A DNA stretch of 64,000 bases from Candidatus Woesebacteria bacterium GW2011_GWB1_39_12. Its GTDB lineage: Bacteria; Patescibacteriota; Microgenomatia; UBA8517. Of this stretch, positions 19,112 through 29,000 are shown piece after piece. Location: NCBI GenBank assembly GCA_000993405.1, contig LBWB01000004.1, positions 4,861-68,860 on the forward strand, in the 5' to 3' direction. Under the pieces are notes generated by a model. It made no database searches and was not told the origin of the DNA. It saw only the letters and a list, made by a program, of their open reading frames with translations. The stretch's first letter is position 1. Each line of letters starts with the position of its first letter. The position numbers and the translations under genes were made by a program.

Positions 19112-19310
19112 GTAAAGAAATTGACAGAACTATTTGAGAAGATTGAGTTGGATGAGATAATTTCCGCAAGAGCTGGAATTCTAGTTCGCGATTTGGATAT
19201 GACCTGATTATATAATTGCTGCTACCGCCTTAGAGTTAGGTGCCTCTATCGTGACCCTCAACAAAAAACACTTCGAAAAGATTTCAGGAATTTCAATATA
19301 TCCACTTTGA
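19112..19310 (+). pseudogene. vapC: Remnant of a PIN-domain toxin (VapC), 3' half only, with a frameshift
   Basis: …ISARAGILVRDLDMT* then, in +1 frame, DYIIAATALELGASIVTLNKKHFEKISGISIYPL* (classic VapC C-terminus); no N-terminal half or antitoxin present. Confidence 0.5.
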
Positions 19311-19388
19311 TGCCGACGAGCGTCTTCATTAATCGTACAAAAGTTGATTGTAGTACAAAAAAAAACGTATTATATAGTTATAATCAGC

Positions 19389-19883
19389 ATGAAATTATAC
19401 GTTATGTCGGGAAAAGGTTACGGGAAGACTACCCTCTCCGCATTTGACGCGGCGCTTAAGGATGCGGGTGTTTATAATTATAACCTTATAACGCTATCTT
19501 CCATTATTCCACCGGGCTCAAAAGTGATATTCAAAAAAAGATTGAAGCAGCCCACAGGAAGTTATGGAAATAAACTATATGTTGTTAAATCTGAAATAAG
19601 AAGCAGAGAGTCGGGCAAATACATAGGTTCTTCTTTAGGCTGGTATCAGCTTTCTGATGGGCGAGGGGTGTTTGTTGAACATGAAGAAATTGGTGAAACA
19701 GAAGAAGCGGTAAAAGCTAATCTTACTGAAGAAGTAAAAAAATCTTTAATCGATCTTTGTGAGTTTCGCAGGTTCCCCATTGTCAAAAAGAAAATGAAGA
19801 TGAAGATTAATATTGCAAAGGTGGAAGATACAGCTGCAAGTACACTAATATTGGCAGTCTATAAAGACGAGGGATGGGAGTAA
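19389..19883 (+). CDS. pdaD: Pyruvoyl-dependent arginine decarboxylase (PvlArgDC/AaxB family)
   Basis: LSAFDAALKDAGVYNYNLITLSSIIPP aligns to the PvlArgDC self-cleavage region (NLIRISS/IMPP) with the Ser-Ser pair. Confidence 0.65.
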   Translation: MKLYVMSGKGYGKTTLSAFDAALKDAGVYNYNLITLSSIIPPGSKVIFKKRLKQPTGSYGNKLYVVKSEIRSRESGKYIGSSLGWYQLSDGRGVFVEHEEIGETEEAVKANLTEEVKKSLIDLCEFRRFPIVKKKMKMKINIAKVEDTAASTLILAVYKDEGWE

Positions 19884-20029
19884 AATGGACATATCTAGAG
19901 CAAGAATTATAATACTTATAATTGTATTAACTCTTCTCTCGGGGTGGGGTATTTGTAGAACACGAATGAATCGGAAATTAAATTCAAAATAACTCGATCA
20001 CTTCAAGATCTCTGTAAGTTTTAAAGAAT

Positions 20030-20908
20030 TTAAGAACTGAAAAGAAAGGCGCTTCCTATTAATATTGCGAAAATGCCTAGATATTGAATCAATATGAGTT
20101 TCTCTTTTAATATAAAATAACCGAGGACTGCCGAAATTAATGGGATCATGGAGGACATAATTACTACAATGCTTGTTAAGGAAGTATTATAAAAACCCCA
20201 ATTGGTTGCGATTACTGCAATAGTGTTTGCAACACCGCCTAAAATCATTATCTTTGAGCTTTTATCAAAGCCAAGGAATTTTTCCTTTTTAGTTGCTAGA
20301 TACCCCCCAAAAATAAGAGCCATGAGAGAATCACCTATGGTAACCCAGAAAAGCCAGCCTTCTTGCTGTCCCAAGAAAGAATCCCAAAAAGGGAAAAATA
20401 AGGATAGAATGATTGCCGCCGTTAAAACATATGGCCAACCCTTGATTATTGTTAGTTTCGAAGCGTTTTGGATTGACACTCCAAGTATTCCCATAAAAAC
20501 TATCAAAAGAGAAAGAATTCTAAAGAGTGATGTTTGTTCACCAAAAAAGAGTATCGATATTACTGCAGATCCAACTGCATAAGTGCTGAAGATGGTACTA
20601 ATAGTACTAAGATTACCTAAACGTAAGGCATGGAAAAACAATAAGTATGCTACTACATTGGCCACTGCAAATAACGTTAATTTTATTGTGAGAGTTAATG
20701 ATAAAGGACTAATTGACTCACCCGTGATAAATACAATTATCCAAAGTAAGATTGAGGTAGTTAAGTAAAGAGTAAAAGTTGCGCTTGCTTCACTGTATTT
20801 TTGACGCTTTACTGCTTTTATTGAGAAGAAATCGGCAAAACCCCAACCAAGAGCTCCGCCGAGGCCAGCTAAAAAAGCATTTATTAATTCACCTTGCTGA
20901 AATAACAT
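20030..20908 (-). CDS. DMT superfamily (EamA-like) transporter
   Basis: 10-TM protein with duplicated EamA-like halves. Confidence 0.6.
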   Translation of the reverse strand: MLFQQGELINAFLAGLGGALGWGFADFFSIKAVKRQKYSEASATFTLYLTTSILLWIIVFITGESISPLSLTLTIKLTLFAVANVVAYLLFFHALRLGNLSTISTIFSTYAVGSAVISILFFGEQTSLFRILSLLIVFMGILGVSIQNASKLTIIKGWPYVLTAAIILSLFFPFWDSFLGQQEGWLFWVTIGDSLMALIFGGYLATKKEKFLGFDKSSKIMILGGVANTIAVIATNWGFYNTSLTSIVVIMSSMIPLISAVLGYFILKEKLILIQYLGIFAILIGSAFLFSS

Positions 20909-21773
20909 ATTTTTTGAGAAATTTGGCTGGATGCCAAGAAAGTTTTGTTTTGCGTAGACCTTCTAATCCTAAATCTTGTTCGTAATTCAAGTATTGACAA
21001 CCACTTTTATACCAATGTTTTACTGCCTGAAAAAAAAGCATGTCATAAATATGTTTATAAGATATGTCTGCTTTCATGAAATGACCCAAAGCGTACCTAC
21101 CCAATTTTTCATCGAGAACAAACCCAACAAGCTCATCTTTATCCCAAAGTCCGATTAGAGTTATTGTTAATTTGTCAATGAATTTAAGTAAACGGTAAAG
21201 AGCAACTCTCTCGTGCGCTGAGTCGGAGTTTTTTTTTGTTGCCCATTTATCAAACAATTTCATAATTTGCGTCTTTTCATTTTTGCTTTTGCCATTTGAG
21301 ATTTTAAGTAAACAGCCAGAATTGAATTTTCTAAATTGGCTTAAATGGTGTCGTTTATGAATAAAATTTCTTCCCATTAAAGATGATGTGATTTTTGTCG
21401 AAGTGATATAATCGAAGTTGTTTCGATCTGCTTTGACTATTAAATCTGGATTGGACAATACCTTTTTATTCACAGATTGCTCTGGAACTAGTCGGAGTTT
21501 TTTTTCTACTCCTTCGCTCCCAGCTATGGTCAAAAGGTTGTTCACTAACTCAGATGTACTGTTTTTTGATAAAAACGAGTAAATTGGCTTGTTAGTTAAA
21601 TAATCTCTAAGCCTGATAACAAATACGTTTTTATCTAAAAAATATTCAACGTCGTTTTCAATGTTGTAACACCAAAGGCTTGTAAAATTGAAGTCAGAAT
21701 AAGGATAAAACTGGCCCGTAAACTCCTGGATGTTTTTCTTATCTTTAAAAGTGAGCCTTTTAAACTTAATCAC
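20889..21773 (-). CDS. DUF2156-like protein (lysyl-phosphatidylglycerol synthase C-terminal-like GNAT fold)
   Basis: N-terminal …YPYSDFNFTSLWCYNIEND… resembles the DUF2156 signature. Confidence 0.4.
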   Translation of the reverse strand: MIKFKRLTFKDKKNIQEFTGQFYPYSDFNFTSLWCYNIENDVEYFLDKNVFVIRLRDYLTNKPIYSFLSKNSTSELVNNLLTIAGSEGVEKKLRLVPEQSVNKKVLSNPDLIVKADRNNFDYITSTKITSSLMGRNFIHKRHHLSQFRKFNSGCLLKISNGKSKNEKTQIMKLFDKWATKKNSDSAHERVALYRLLKFIDKLTITLIGLWDKDELVGFVLDEKLGRYALGHFMKADISYKHIYDMLFFQAVKHWYKSGCQYLNYEQDLGLEGLRKTKLSWHPAKFLKKYVISAR

Positions 21774-21795
21774 ATCTAAATTATAAACTAAAAAA

Positions 21796-22644
21796 TTGAC
21801 TTTGCTATTTGATTTATTTAATCTAAGAGTAATGTTTACTTATGTTAAGAAAGAATTGACAGCAAAAGTTACATTGCTATTATTTATCCTCTTCTCATTT
21901 TGGTGGATATGGCTTCATCTTACGGATGCTACTCTTATTCAAAAACAAGCCTTCAGTGCATTTTATGGATTAATAGCACTTTTTGGGTCGATCTGTGGTT
22001 TTAGTATTGCGCGTAAATGGGGAGGTTTTAAAAGTTTAATGGGTAAATCCATTATTATGTTCTCTATGGGACTTCTTGCCCAGGAGTTTGGTCAGATCGT
22101 ATATTCTGCCCTAAATTTCTTTCTGCAGATTGTTGTTCCATATCCCTCACTTGGAGACATTGGTTATTTTGGTAGTATTCCTTTATACATACTAGGTGCT
22201 TACTATTTAGCTAGGGTGTCGGGCGTGAACATCTCCCTAAGAACTTTGAGAAGCAAGATATTAGTATTGATTGTCCCTTTATTATTATTAACTATTTCTT
22301 ATTTTCTCTTCCTCCAAGGCTATGAGCTTGAGGAGACCCCGATAATAACTATTTTTCTAGATTTTGGATATCCTTTCGGACAGGCTATCTATGTATCAAT
22401 TGCCTTACTTGCATTCTTATTGTCCAAAAAGATACTCGGCGGAATTATGAAAAACAAGATATTATTTATTTTGTTCGCGCTTCTAGTGCAGTATTTTTCC
22501 GATTTTTCTTTTTTGTACATCTCACGTTATGGAGAGATGGGTCCTGGAGAAATCGTTGATTACATGTACCTCGTTTCTTACTTTCTAATGTCACTCGGAC
22601 TTATTCAGTTGAAAACTGTGTCTAATGAACTAAATGGACATTGA
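21796..22644 (+). CDS. Hypothetical polytopic membrane protein
   Basis: About 8 predicted TM helices. Confidence 0.3.
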   Translation: MTLLFDLFNLRVMFTYVKKELTAKVTLLLFILFSFWWIWLHLTDATLIQKQAFSAFYGLIALFGSICGFSIARKWGGFKSLMGKSIIMFSMGLLAQEFGQIVYSALNFFLQIVVPYPSLGDIGYFGSIPLYILGAYYLARVSGVNISLRTLRSKILVLIVPLLLLTISYFLFLQGYELEETPIITIFLDFGYPFGQAIYVSIALLAFLLSKKILGGIMKNKILFILFALLVQYFSDFSFLYISRYGEMGPGEIVDYMYLVSYFLMSLGLIQLKTVSNELNGH

Positions 22645-22648
22645 GTAA

Positions 22649-22936
22649 ATGGAAGAAAACATAGAAAAGTCCAAATTGATAAAGATTATTGTTGAAAGGC
22701 AGGTTGGAATTATTGGCCATCTTGCAATAGAGCAAGCGAACAGAGTCGGCGGGGTTAAAGTATCCGACGATTTGAGCTCGGTGAGTATTTCAGGTAACTT
22801 AAAGGATGTTTTGGAAAAGTTGGTGCTACAGTACGAGCGGCTATTTGGCCAAGCTTCCGTAGAAGCCTGTAAGGATGCTTTGAGAGAGGTAAAATCGAAT
22901 ATCAGTCAAGAAGAATTGCCATCTATTCTTCGATGA
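22649..22936 (+). CDS. Hypothetical small protein upstream of a sensor kinase
   Basis: ORF only. Confidence 0.25.
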   Translation: MEENIEKSKLIKIIVERQVGIIGHLAIEQANRVGGVKVSDDLSSVSISGNLKDVLEKLVLQYERLFGQASVEACKDALREVKSNISQEELPSILR

Positions 22937-22950
22937 GATAGTATTATTTA

Positions 22951-24297
22951 ATGCCTCCAGTCACTGAAACCAGAGAATTTAAAAAGCTTGCAGAAGAGCT
23001 CTACAAAAAAAATCTTAGTCTTTTTAATGCTAATCGCACCTTGATGATCTTACAAAAATTGTATCAGGTTATGGCTTCTTCTTTTGAAATGGAAATAATG
23101 GTACAGAAGTATATTGATGCAATTATAACGGACATGAATTTTCTAATGGGCGCAGTTTATATAAAGTATCCTCAGGAAAATTTTTTAAGACTTCTTGCTT
23201 TATCGCTAGCAAAGCCGACTTCGAACAGCAAACCTGACTTTGTAGCTAAACTACAGAATTTAAAAGTTGGATTGGGAGGTATGGACAATATTATGGCGCT
23301 GGTGTATAAGTCCGGCATGAAAAAATTCGTAACTTCACTGCTCGACGTTTTCTCTTTTGTTGAAGACAAAGATGTGATCGAAAAAATGGAATCTACTGTA
23401 GGAATTAAATCCACAGCCGTCTACCCTATTGTTTTTGGAAGCGAAACGCTAGGTGTGTTTTTAGTGTCGATGGGCGTTAAGGAAAAAGATCTTTCTCAGA
23501 CAGATAATGAAATTTTGAGTAGAGTGTCGACTGTTTTTGGAGTGGCTGTAGATAGATTGATGATTTATTTAAATCTTCAAAAAGTAAATGAGAAATTGAA
23601 AGCCCTTGATGCGCAGAAGGATGAATTCATTTCGATGGCTGCGCATGAACTAAGAACGCCGATGACGGCAATCAAAGGTTATGTCTCAATGATTATCGAA
23701 GGAGACACTGGAGATATACCTGAAAAGGCCAGAGGGTTCTTAGCAGACGCCAATGCCATAAACGAAAGGCTTATCAGGCTCGTCAATAACATGCTCAATG
23801 TTTCTCGGATAGAAGAAGGAAGGATGGTATATCAGGAAGAAGAGGAGAATTTGTCAAGCGCCGTAAGAACGGTATTTTCCCAATTTAGGCCAGAAGCAGA
23901 AAGAAAGGGACTTGAATTGAAACTTGACGTTCCCGCTTCGATTACGGATAAAGTACGCGTTGACCCGGATAGAATTCAGGAGGTTATTGGTAATCTTCTG
24001 AGTAATGCTGTTAAATATACCGACAAAGGGTCGGTTGTAGTTCGTCTTGTCCAACCAAACGCGAACATGGTCAGATTTGAAGTAGAAGATACTGGTTCGG
24101 GAATTTCGAAAGAGGAGCAGGAAAAGCTTTTCAGAAAGTTTTCAAGAGCTGAATCAACAGTCGGTAAGACTACAGGAACCGGCCTTGGGCTTTACATATC
24201 AAAACTTCTTGTGGAAAAATTTGGTGGGAGTATAGGTTTATCTTCCGAAATAGCCAAGGGAAGTACTTTTTGGTTCGAATTACCTCTTGTTTCCTAA
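22951..24297 (+). CDS. Cytoplasmic sensor histidine kinase (GAF-like sensor + HisKA + HATPase_c)
   Basis: H-box SMAAHELRTPMTAIKGY, N box LLSNAVKYT, G boxes DTGSGIS / GTGLGL. Confidence 0.8.
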   Translation: MPPVTETREFKKLAEELYKKNLSLFNANRTLMILQKLYQVMASSFEMEIMVQKYIDAIITDMNFLMGAVYIKYPQENFLRLLALSLAKPTSNSKPDFVAKLQNLKVGLGGMDNIMALVYKSGMKKFVTSLLDVFSFVEDKDVIEKMESTVGIKSTAVYPIVFGSETLGVFLVSMGVKEKDLSQTDNEILSRVSTVFGVAVDRLMIYLNLQKVNEKLKALDAQKDEFISMAAHELRTPMTAIKGYVSMIIEGDTGDIPEKARGFLADANAINERLIRLVNNMLNVSRIEEGRMVYQEEEENLSSAVRTVFSQFRPEAERKGLELKLDVPASITDKVRVDPDRIQEVIGNLLSNAVKYTDKGSVVVRLVQPNANMVRFEVEDTGSGISKEEQEKLFRKFSRAESTVGKTTGTGLGLYISKLLVEKFGGSIGLSSEIAKGSTFWFELPLVS

Positions 24298-24299
24298 AT

Positions 24300-24914
24300 T
24301 TACCCTCTTGAACGAGTTACAACAAATATAAGTCCTATGATTGCCACGAGTGCAACGAGTGCCGCAATGCCGGCTCGTCTTAAAGCCAACAATAATTTTT
24401 GTCTTGTTGTAAGATTCTCCTGGGGTGTCTCGGTCTTTTCTTCCTCTTCAACCTTTTCCTTTTCTTCCTCTTCAGGACTCGGAGTAGGAGTTGATACTTC
24501 TTCTAAAAATTCAACAGGAGAAATCTCTCCCTTCATTACGGTTTGGCCTTGAGGAGTTTTAGTTTCTTTACTTGCCTCAGTTGTGACAAAAAGACCTGTG
24601 AAGGTTTTCTTGGTTTTAAATTCGCCCTTTCCAAGGCCAAGGGTACCAAGTTTAACTGAGTTTCCCCCATCCTTAGGCGTTGCCCAAACGACGTAGTTAA
24701 ATATATTCTCATCAGCTGGATATATCAGGTATTTGCAAGTGAAAGGAATTCGGTATTCTTGATTTTGCATCCTTACTGAAGCTGCCCAACAACGGTATGG
24801 TTCGCCAGTTGTGCTTCGAAGTTCAACGGTTCCTTCAGATGCGAATGCTTTTTCGGCAAGCAGAAATAAGCCAGCAGTAACCAGAAAGAAAGTAAGATAA
24901 TGTCTTAGTTTCAT
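24300..24914 (-). CDS. Secreted protein with signal peptide, acidic Glu-rich linker and C-terminal TM anchor
   Basis: MKLRHYLTFFLVTAGLFLLAEKAFA signal; EEEEKEKVEEEEK; C-terminal …IAALVALVAIIGLIFVVTRSRG. Confidence 0.4.
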   Translation of the reverse strand: MKLRHYLTFFLVTAGLFLLAEKAFASEGTVELRSTTGEPYRCWAASVRMQNQEYRIPFTCKYLIYPADENIFNYVVWATPKDGGNSVKLGTLGLGKGEFKTKKTFTGLFVTTEASKETKTPQGQTVMKGEISPVEFLEEVSTPTPSPEEEEKEKVEEEEKTETPQENLTTRQKLLLALRRAGIAALVALVAIIGLIFVVTRSRG

Positions 24915-25018
24915 CTAAAATGAGTATATATTAACTAAAAGGCTTTTAACAAGTCAGATTTCTCCAATTGAAAACACTATATTACTGGCTTAATATTAGA
25001 ATGGAAAGATAATCTTAA

Positions 25019-25432
25019 ATGACCGATACACCTCAGACAAACCAAGAGTCAAACCGAGAAAGCCAGTCGGTAATTCTCATAGTCGAAGACGATCCCGTTC
25101 TTTTAAAAATGTATACGGAAAAGTTTGGCTTCGAAGGTTTCAAAGTCCTTAATGCCAAAGATGGAGAGGAAGCGTTGAAACTCTCACTTGTGGAGAAAAT
25201 AGACATTATACTTCTTGACATTATGCTTCCCAGAATGAGTGGGACTGATTATTTAGCCAGATTTCGCCAAAATGAGAAAGGCAAGAATGTTCCGGTTGTT
25301 GCTCTCACTAATCTTGCCGAGGAAGAGGAAAAACAGAAAGCATTAAAACTTGGCGTAAAAGAATATTTGGTAAAAGCGATGCAAACGCCGGAGAAGGTTG
25401 TGGAAACAATCAAAAAGTATATTCGGAGTTAG
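25019..25432 (+). CDS. Stand-alone response regulator receiver domain (CheY-like)
   Basis: ILIVEDD…phospho-acceptor Asp in IILLDIMLP…conserved Lys near C-terminus; no output domain. Confidence 0.8.
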   Translation: MTDTPQTNQESNRESQSVILIVEDDPVLLKMYTEKFGFEGFKVLNAKDGEEALKLSLVEKIDIILLDIMLPRMSGTDYLARFRQNEKGKNVPVVALTNLAEEEEKQKALKLGVKEYLVKAMQTPEKVVETIKKYIRS

Positions 25433-27060
25433 GAGTAAAGTAATTTTTTATATTCTTCAAGAACCCTCTCGGTCGTAAAATCTTTTGAGAGTTCAATTGA
25501 GGCCCGCATTCTTTTTAACCATTCGACGGGTATGCCGTCAACTCTATCTTCATAATAGAGCGGTGCGATTTTATTCTCCAGGATATTATAAAAACTTTCA
25601 GAAATATTTTCCGGGTCAAGTACCCAGCCTGCATCTTCCCAATTTACTTCATAAGTCCATCCGTCGAGTACTGTACAATTCAGGACCCCGTTTGCGCTAG
25701 CCTTCATGCCGCTTGTTCCGCAGGCTTCCAGATTCCCCTTTGGAGTGTTAAGCCAAATATCGCTTCCAGAAGTCAAATGATTGGCTAGAGCTATATTATA
25801 ATTCGGGACGAATATTGCATATTTGGCCAAATCGGTCGAAAAAATCTTGATGATTTCTTCAATTATGGATTTGGCATTAGGGTCTCCTGTATGGGAATTT
25901 CCTGCAAAAAGAAGTTGAACCGGGTATTTTGGATTAGAGAGTAAATCTTTAAGCCTTTTTACATCGGCAAAAATTGCTCTCGGCTGCTTATAGTCCGCAA
26001 GCCTTCTGGCCCAAGTAATTACCAATCGGGATGGATCGTATCCAATTCCGGTTCTTTTTGTTACTGAACTCATGAGCTCTCTTTTTTTAATCAAATGTTG
26101 ATCCCATAGATCTCTATCGTTTAAGTCGCGCCTGAAGTCGCTGTCTTGCCAGCGGGGCATATGAATGGCATTAGTAATTGGAATCCATTCGTAATCGGGC
26201 CACTGGCCTTTGCAGTATTTTTGGTGAACTTTAGATACACTTGAGTGTTTTTTGGAAATATTCAGGGCAAAAAAAGTTGTACTAAACGTATTTGCATCCG
26301 TTAATCCGTCTTTAATTAAAAGGTCAGTTTCGACTCCCATTTCTTTTGCAAACGGCGATGCCCATTTTTCAACCAAACTTTTGGAATAGACAAGATTTCC
26401 GGCTGTAACCAGGGTGTGATTGGTATATACAATTTTTTCTTTTGCCAGCTTCCATGCTTTATCAAATGTTTTTTTCTCATCTTGCATGATATTTTTTACA
26501 ATTTCCCAGATGATGAATTCAGGTCTTCCTTCGTTGATATGAAATACGGCAGGCTTTATATTTAAAAGATTTAAAAGTTTTACACCGCCTACGCCAAGAA
26601 GTATCTGTTGCCTTAACTGACTCTCGCTATCGCCGTAATATAACGCATTCATGTCGTTTACCCATTCGGGCGGATTGCCGTCAACGTCGGTTGATAAGAA
26701 GAAAGATACGGTTTTATCCCCAAGTCTTATATGGTAGGACTTAACACTAACTTTGTAACTTTCTAGGTTTAAATTAAAAAGGATAGGTTTTCCGTCAATT
26801 GTAGTGGGACGTAAAAATGAGGTATCGTGGTCGAATTCAGAGTCTCTGGTTTCGGCTTTTCCCTCGCCGGTTATGTGTTGCATAAAATCTTTACCTTTGT
26901 AAAGAATTCCTATACCGACCATCGGAAAATGTTGGAGTGCGGCTTCGTTCATTACGTCGCCGGCCAAAATTCCCAAGCCTCCCGAGTATGTAGGAAGATC
27001 GTTATCGATTCCGAATTCGGAACAAAGGTATGCGACAGGATTTTTTAAGTCAAGAATCAT
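25429..27060 (-). CDS. glgP: Alpha-glucan (glycogen/maltodextrin) phosphorylase, short GT35 form
   Basis: N-terminal …EFGIDNDLPTYSGGLGILAGD… and overall GT35 architecture. Confidence 0.75.
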   Translation of the reverse strand: MILDLKNPVAYLCSEFGIDNDLPTYSGGLGILAGDVMNEAALQHFPMVGIGILYKGKDFMQHITGEGKAETRDSEFDHDTSFLRPTTIDGKPILFNLNLESYKVSVKSYHIRLGDKTVSFFLSTDVDGNPPEWVNDMNALYYGDSESQLRQQILLGVGGVKLLNLLNIKPAVFHINEGRPEFIIWEIVKNIMQDEKKTFDKAWKLAKEKIVYTNHTLVTAGNLVYSKSLVEKWASPFAKEMGVETDLLIKDGLTDANTFSTTFFALNISKKHSSVSKVHQKYCKGQWPDYEWIPITNAIHMPRWQDSDFRRDLNDRDLWDQHLIKKRELMSSVTKRTGIGYDPSRLVITWARRLADYKQPRAIFADVKRLKDLLSNPKYPVQLLFAGNSHTGDPNAKSIIEEIIKIFSTDLAKYAIFVPNYNIALANHLTSGSDIWLNTPKGNLEACGTSGMKASANGVLNCTVLDGWTYEVNWEDAGWVLDPENISESFYNILENKIAPLYYEDRVDGIPVEWLKRMRASIELSKDFTTERVLEEYKKLLYS

Positions 27061-27114
27061 TCCCTTCCATTTTAATTGTTGTAGTTATTTTATTAAAGAA
27101 TTAAAATTTATCTT

Positions 27115-27387
27115 GTGAGTATAAGCGATTTTTTCTCGCCTAGTGTTATGGCCTTTTTCCGTTTTAGTGCGGTTGCCGGTTTACTTGCAACGACTGTACT
27201 TTTGATTAACCTTAATCATAAGGCTTTTGACAGAGTATTGGGCCCAAAATCAAAATCTTTATGGTGGCTTTTTGTCTTATTTTCAGTAGTACCCCTTCTT
27301 TTGTTTTTGTATATTTTTACCTTTCTTTTTGGAAAGATGAATCTGCGTGAGCAGGGAGAATTGGTCTTAAATCTTTTTGCCAGATAG
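27115..27387 (+). CDS. Small 2-TM membrane protein, paralog 1
   Basis: SAVAGLLATTVLLI…WWLFVLFSVVPLLLFLYIF. Confidence 0.4.
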   Translation: MSISDFFSPSVMAFFRFSAVAGLLATTVLLINLNHKAFDRVLGPKSKSLWWLFVLFSVVPLLLFLYIFTFLFGKMNLREQGELVLNLFAR

Positions 27388-27393
27388 CCATAT

Positions 27394-27612
27394 ATGCAAA
27401 ATTCACTACTACCACCAGGTTTTTTTATATTTATCAAAGTTTCGGCAGTCGCAGGATTTTTTGCGGCCGGAGCACTTATTGTTGCCTTAATATATAAAGG
27501 ATTTAAAAAGGTCTTTGGCGAAGATGAGGTAGAAAAATACCGCTGGATTTTTATTGTAGTAAATATTCCCCTCCTTTTCGTTCTCGTCTACATTTTTTTT
27601 ATTTTCTTTTAA
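27394..27612 (+). CDS. Small 2-TM membrane protein, paralog 2 (tandem duplicate)
   Basis: SAVAGFFAAGALIV…YRWIFIVVNIPLLFVLVYIF. Confidence 0.4.
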   Translation: MQNSLLPPGFFIFIKVSAVAGFFAAGALIVALIYKGFKKVFGEDEVEKYRWIFIVVNIPLLFVLVYIFFIFF

Positions 27613-27653
27613 AACGCTTTGACATTGGGGTCCAAAAAAAATAATCTTAAGTA

Positions 27654-29000
27654 ATGAGTCTTTCAATAAAGATAGTAGAAAAACTCAAAGGTATTAAAAA
27701 ACCCGTCTTAGCAATCTATCCAGTCATCATAATCATTACCATTCCTTCGCTTTTGATAATTAATACTATTTGGAATCTAAAGTCGTTCAATAGAGATGCT
27801 AACTTTATTGTCAGGCATCAAGCCTTAAGTATTGCCGAGGTTCTGACCCCGATTATTAAAGAGAAAATTAGCTCTCCCAACGACTTGAAAAGGTTACTCA
27901 ACGAAGCAGATGCCTCTAATGAAGACGTAATCTCTGCAGCACTTTTAAAAGAGGAAGATGGAGATTTTAGTATTTATGTTTCGACAAGGGAAGATGATTC
28001 TCAGGAAGGTGAAATGGCAGCTTTAAATCAACTTGCAAAAGGATTTAACCAACCGATTGCTGGATTAACTTACGATCCTAATTTGCAGAAGGACGTTTGG
28101 AATGTAATTGTTCCTGTTGTTAATGAAGAAAATGGTAATTTTTTTCTAAAGATTGTTTTAGATACAAAGTCGGTTTCCGAAATACTGTCACGAACTACAA
28201 AAGATTCAGTCGTCATCTTAGTTCTTTTGGTCGTAGTAACCATAATCTTAATTGCTAATCACTTTGTTTTTTACCTAAGATCGTTAAAAACCAAGCAACT
28301 GGAAGAGCTCGACAGGCTCAAAGACGAGTTTATTTCAATTGCGGCTCATGAGTTGAGAGCGCCAATGACCGCCCTTATCGGCTATCTTGAACTTCTCAGG
28401 GGTAAAATTGCACCAAGCGAGGTAGAAAAAATAAAGCCAGATCTCGAGATTTTAAATTCTCTAATAGGCGATCTTGACGGTCTGATCAACGAACTCTTGG
28501 ATGTATCAAGAATCGAGCAGGGCAGATTTCAGGTAAATTTGGTTGATGTAAAGGTTGAAGAAGTTATCGAGAAGGTTGTAAACGTAATGTTACCGCAGGC
28601 CAGGCAAAAGGGATTAGATGTGGTTTTTGCAAAGGTTGACTTGCCTAGCATAAAAAGTGATCCTGATAGATTAAGACAGGTATTTACCAATATTATTAGT
28701 AATTCGATTAAATACACCTTGGAAGGAAGAGTGAATGTGAGTGCAAATTTGGAAGGAAAGTTTATTAAAATTGTTGTTAAGGATACCGGAATCGGCATAC
28801 CAGGAGAAGAATTAACAAAGCTTTTTTCCAAGTTTCATAGAGTCCAAGATAAAAAGACGATTGAAGTCAGGGGAACAGGTTTGGGGCTTTGGATTACAAA
28901 ACAAATTGTCGAAATTTTGGGAGGCAGAATTGGCGTCGAATCAATTTATGGAACCGGAACCAGCGTCATCATCACCCTTCCCGTCGGTAGTTCTTCGTAA
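27654..29000 (+). CDS. Membrane-anchored sensor histidine kinase
   Basis: Two TM helices flanking an extracytoplasmic domain; H-box SIAAHELRAPMTALIGY; G boxes DTGIGIP / GTGLGL. Confidence 0.8.
   Translation: MSLSIKIVEKLKGIKKPVLAIYPVIIIITIPSLLIINTIWNLKSFNRDANFIVRHQALSIAEVLTPIIKEKISSPNDLKRLLNEADASNEDVISAALLKEEDGDFSIYVSTREDDSQEGEMAALNQLAKGFNQPIAGLTYDPNLQKDVWNVIVPVVNEENGNFFLKIVLDTKSVSEILSRTTKDSVVILVLLVVVTIILIANHFVFYLRSLKTKQLEELDRLKDEFISIAAHELRAPMTALIGYLELLRGKIAPSEVEKIKPDLEILNSLIGDLDGLINELLDVSRIEQGRFQVNLVDVKVEEVIEKVVNVMLPQARQKGLDVVFAKVDLPSIKSDPDRLRQVFTNIISNSIKYTLEGRVNVSANLEGKFIKIVVKDTGIGIPGEELTKLFSKFHRVQDKKTIEVRGTGLGLWITKQIVEILGGRIGVESIYGTGTSVIITLPVGSSS

Noticed and set aside
20202-20985. Antisense ORFs (126, 61 and 68 aa) inside the DMT transporter gene
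   Set aside because: They overlap a well-supported membrane-protein gene on the other strand. No RBS and no recognisable fold; typical shadow ORFs in AT-rich DNA.
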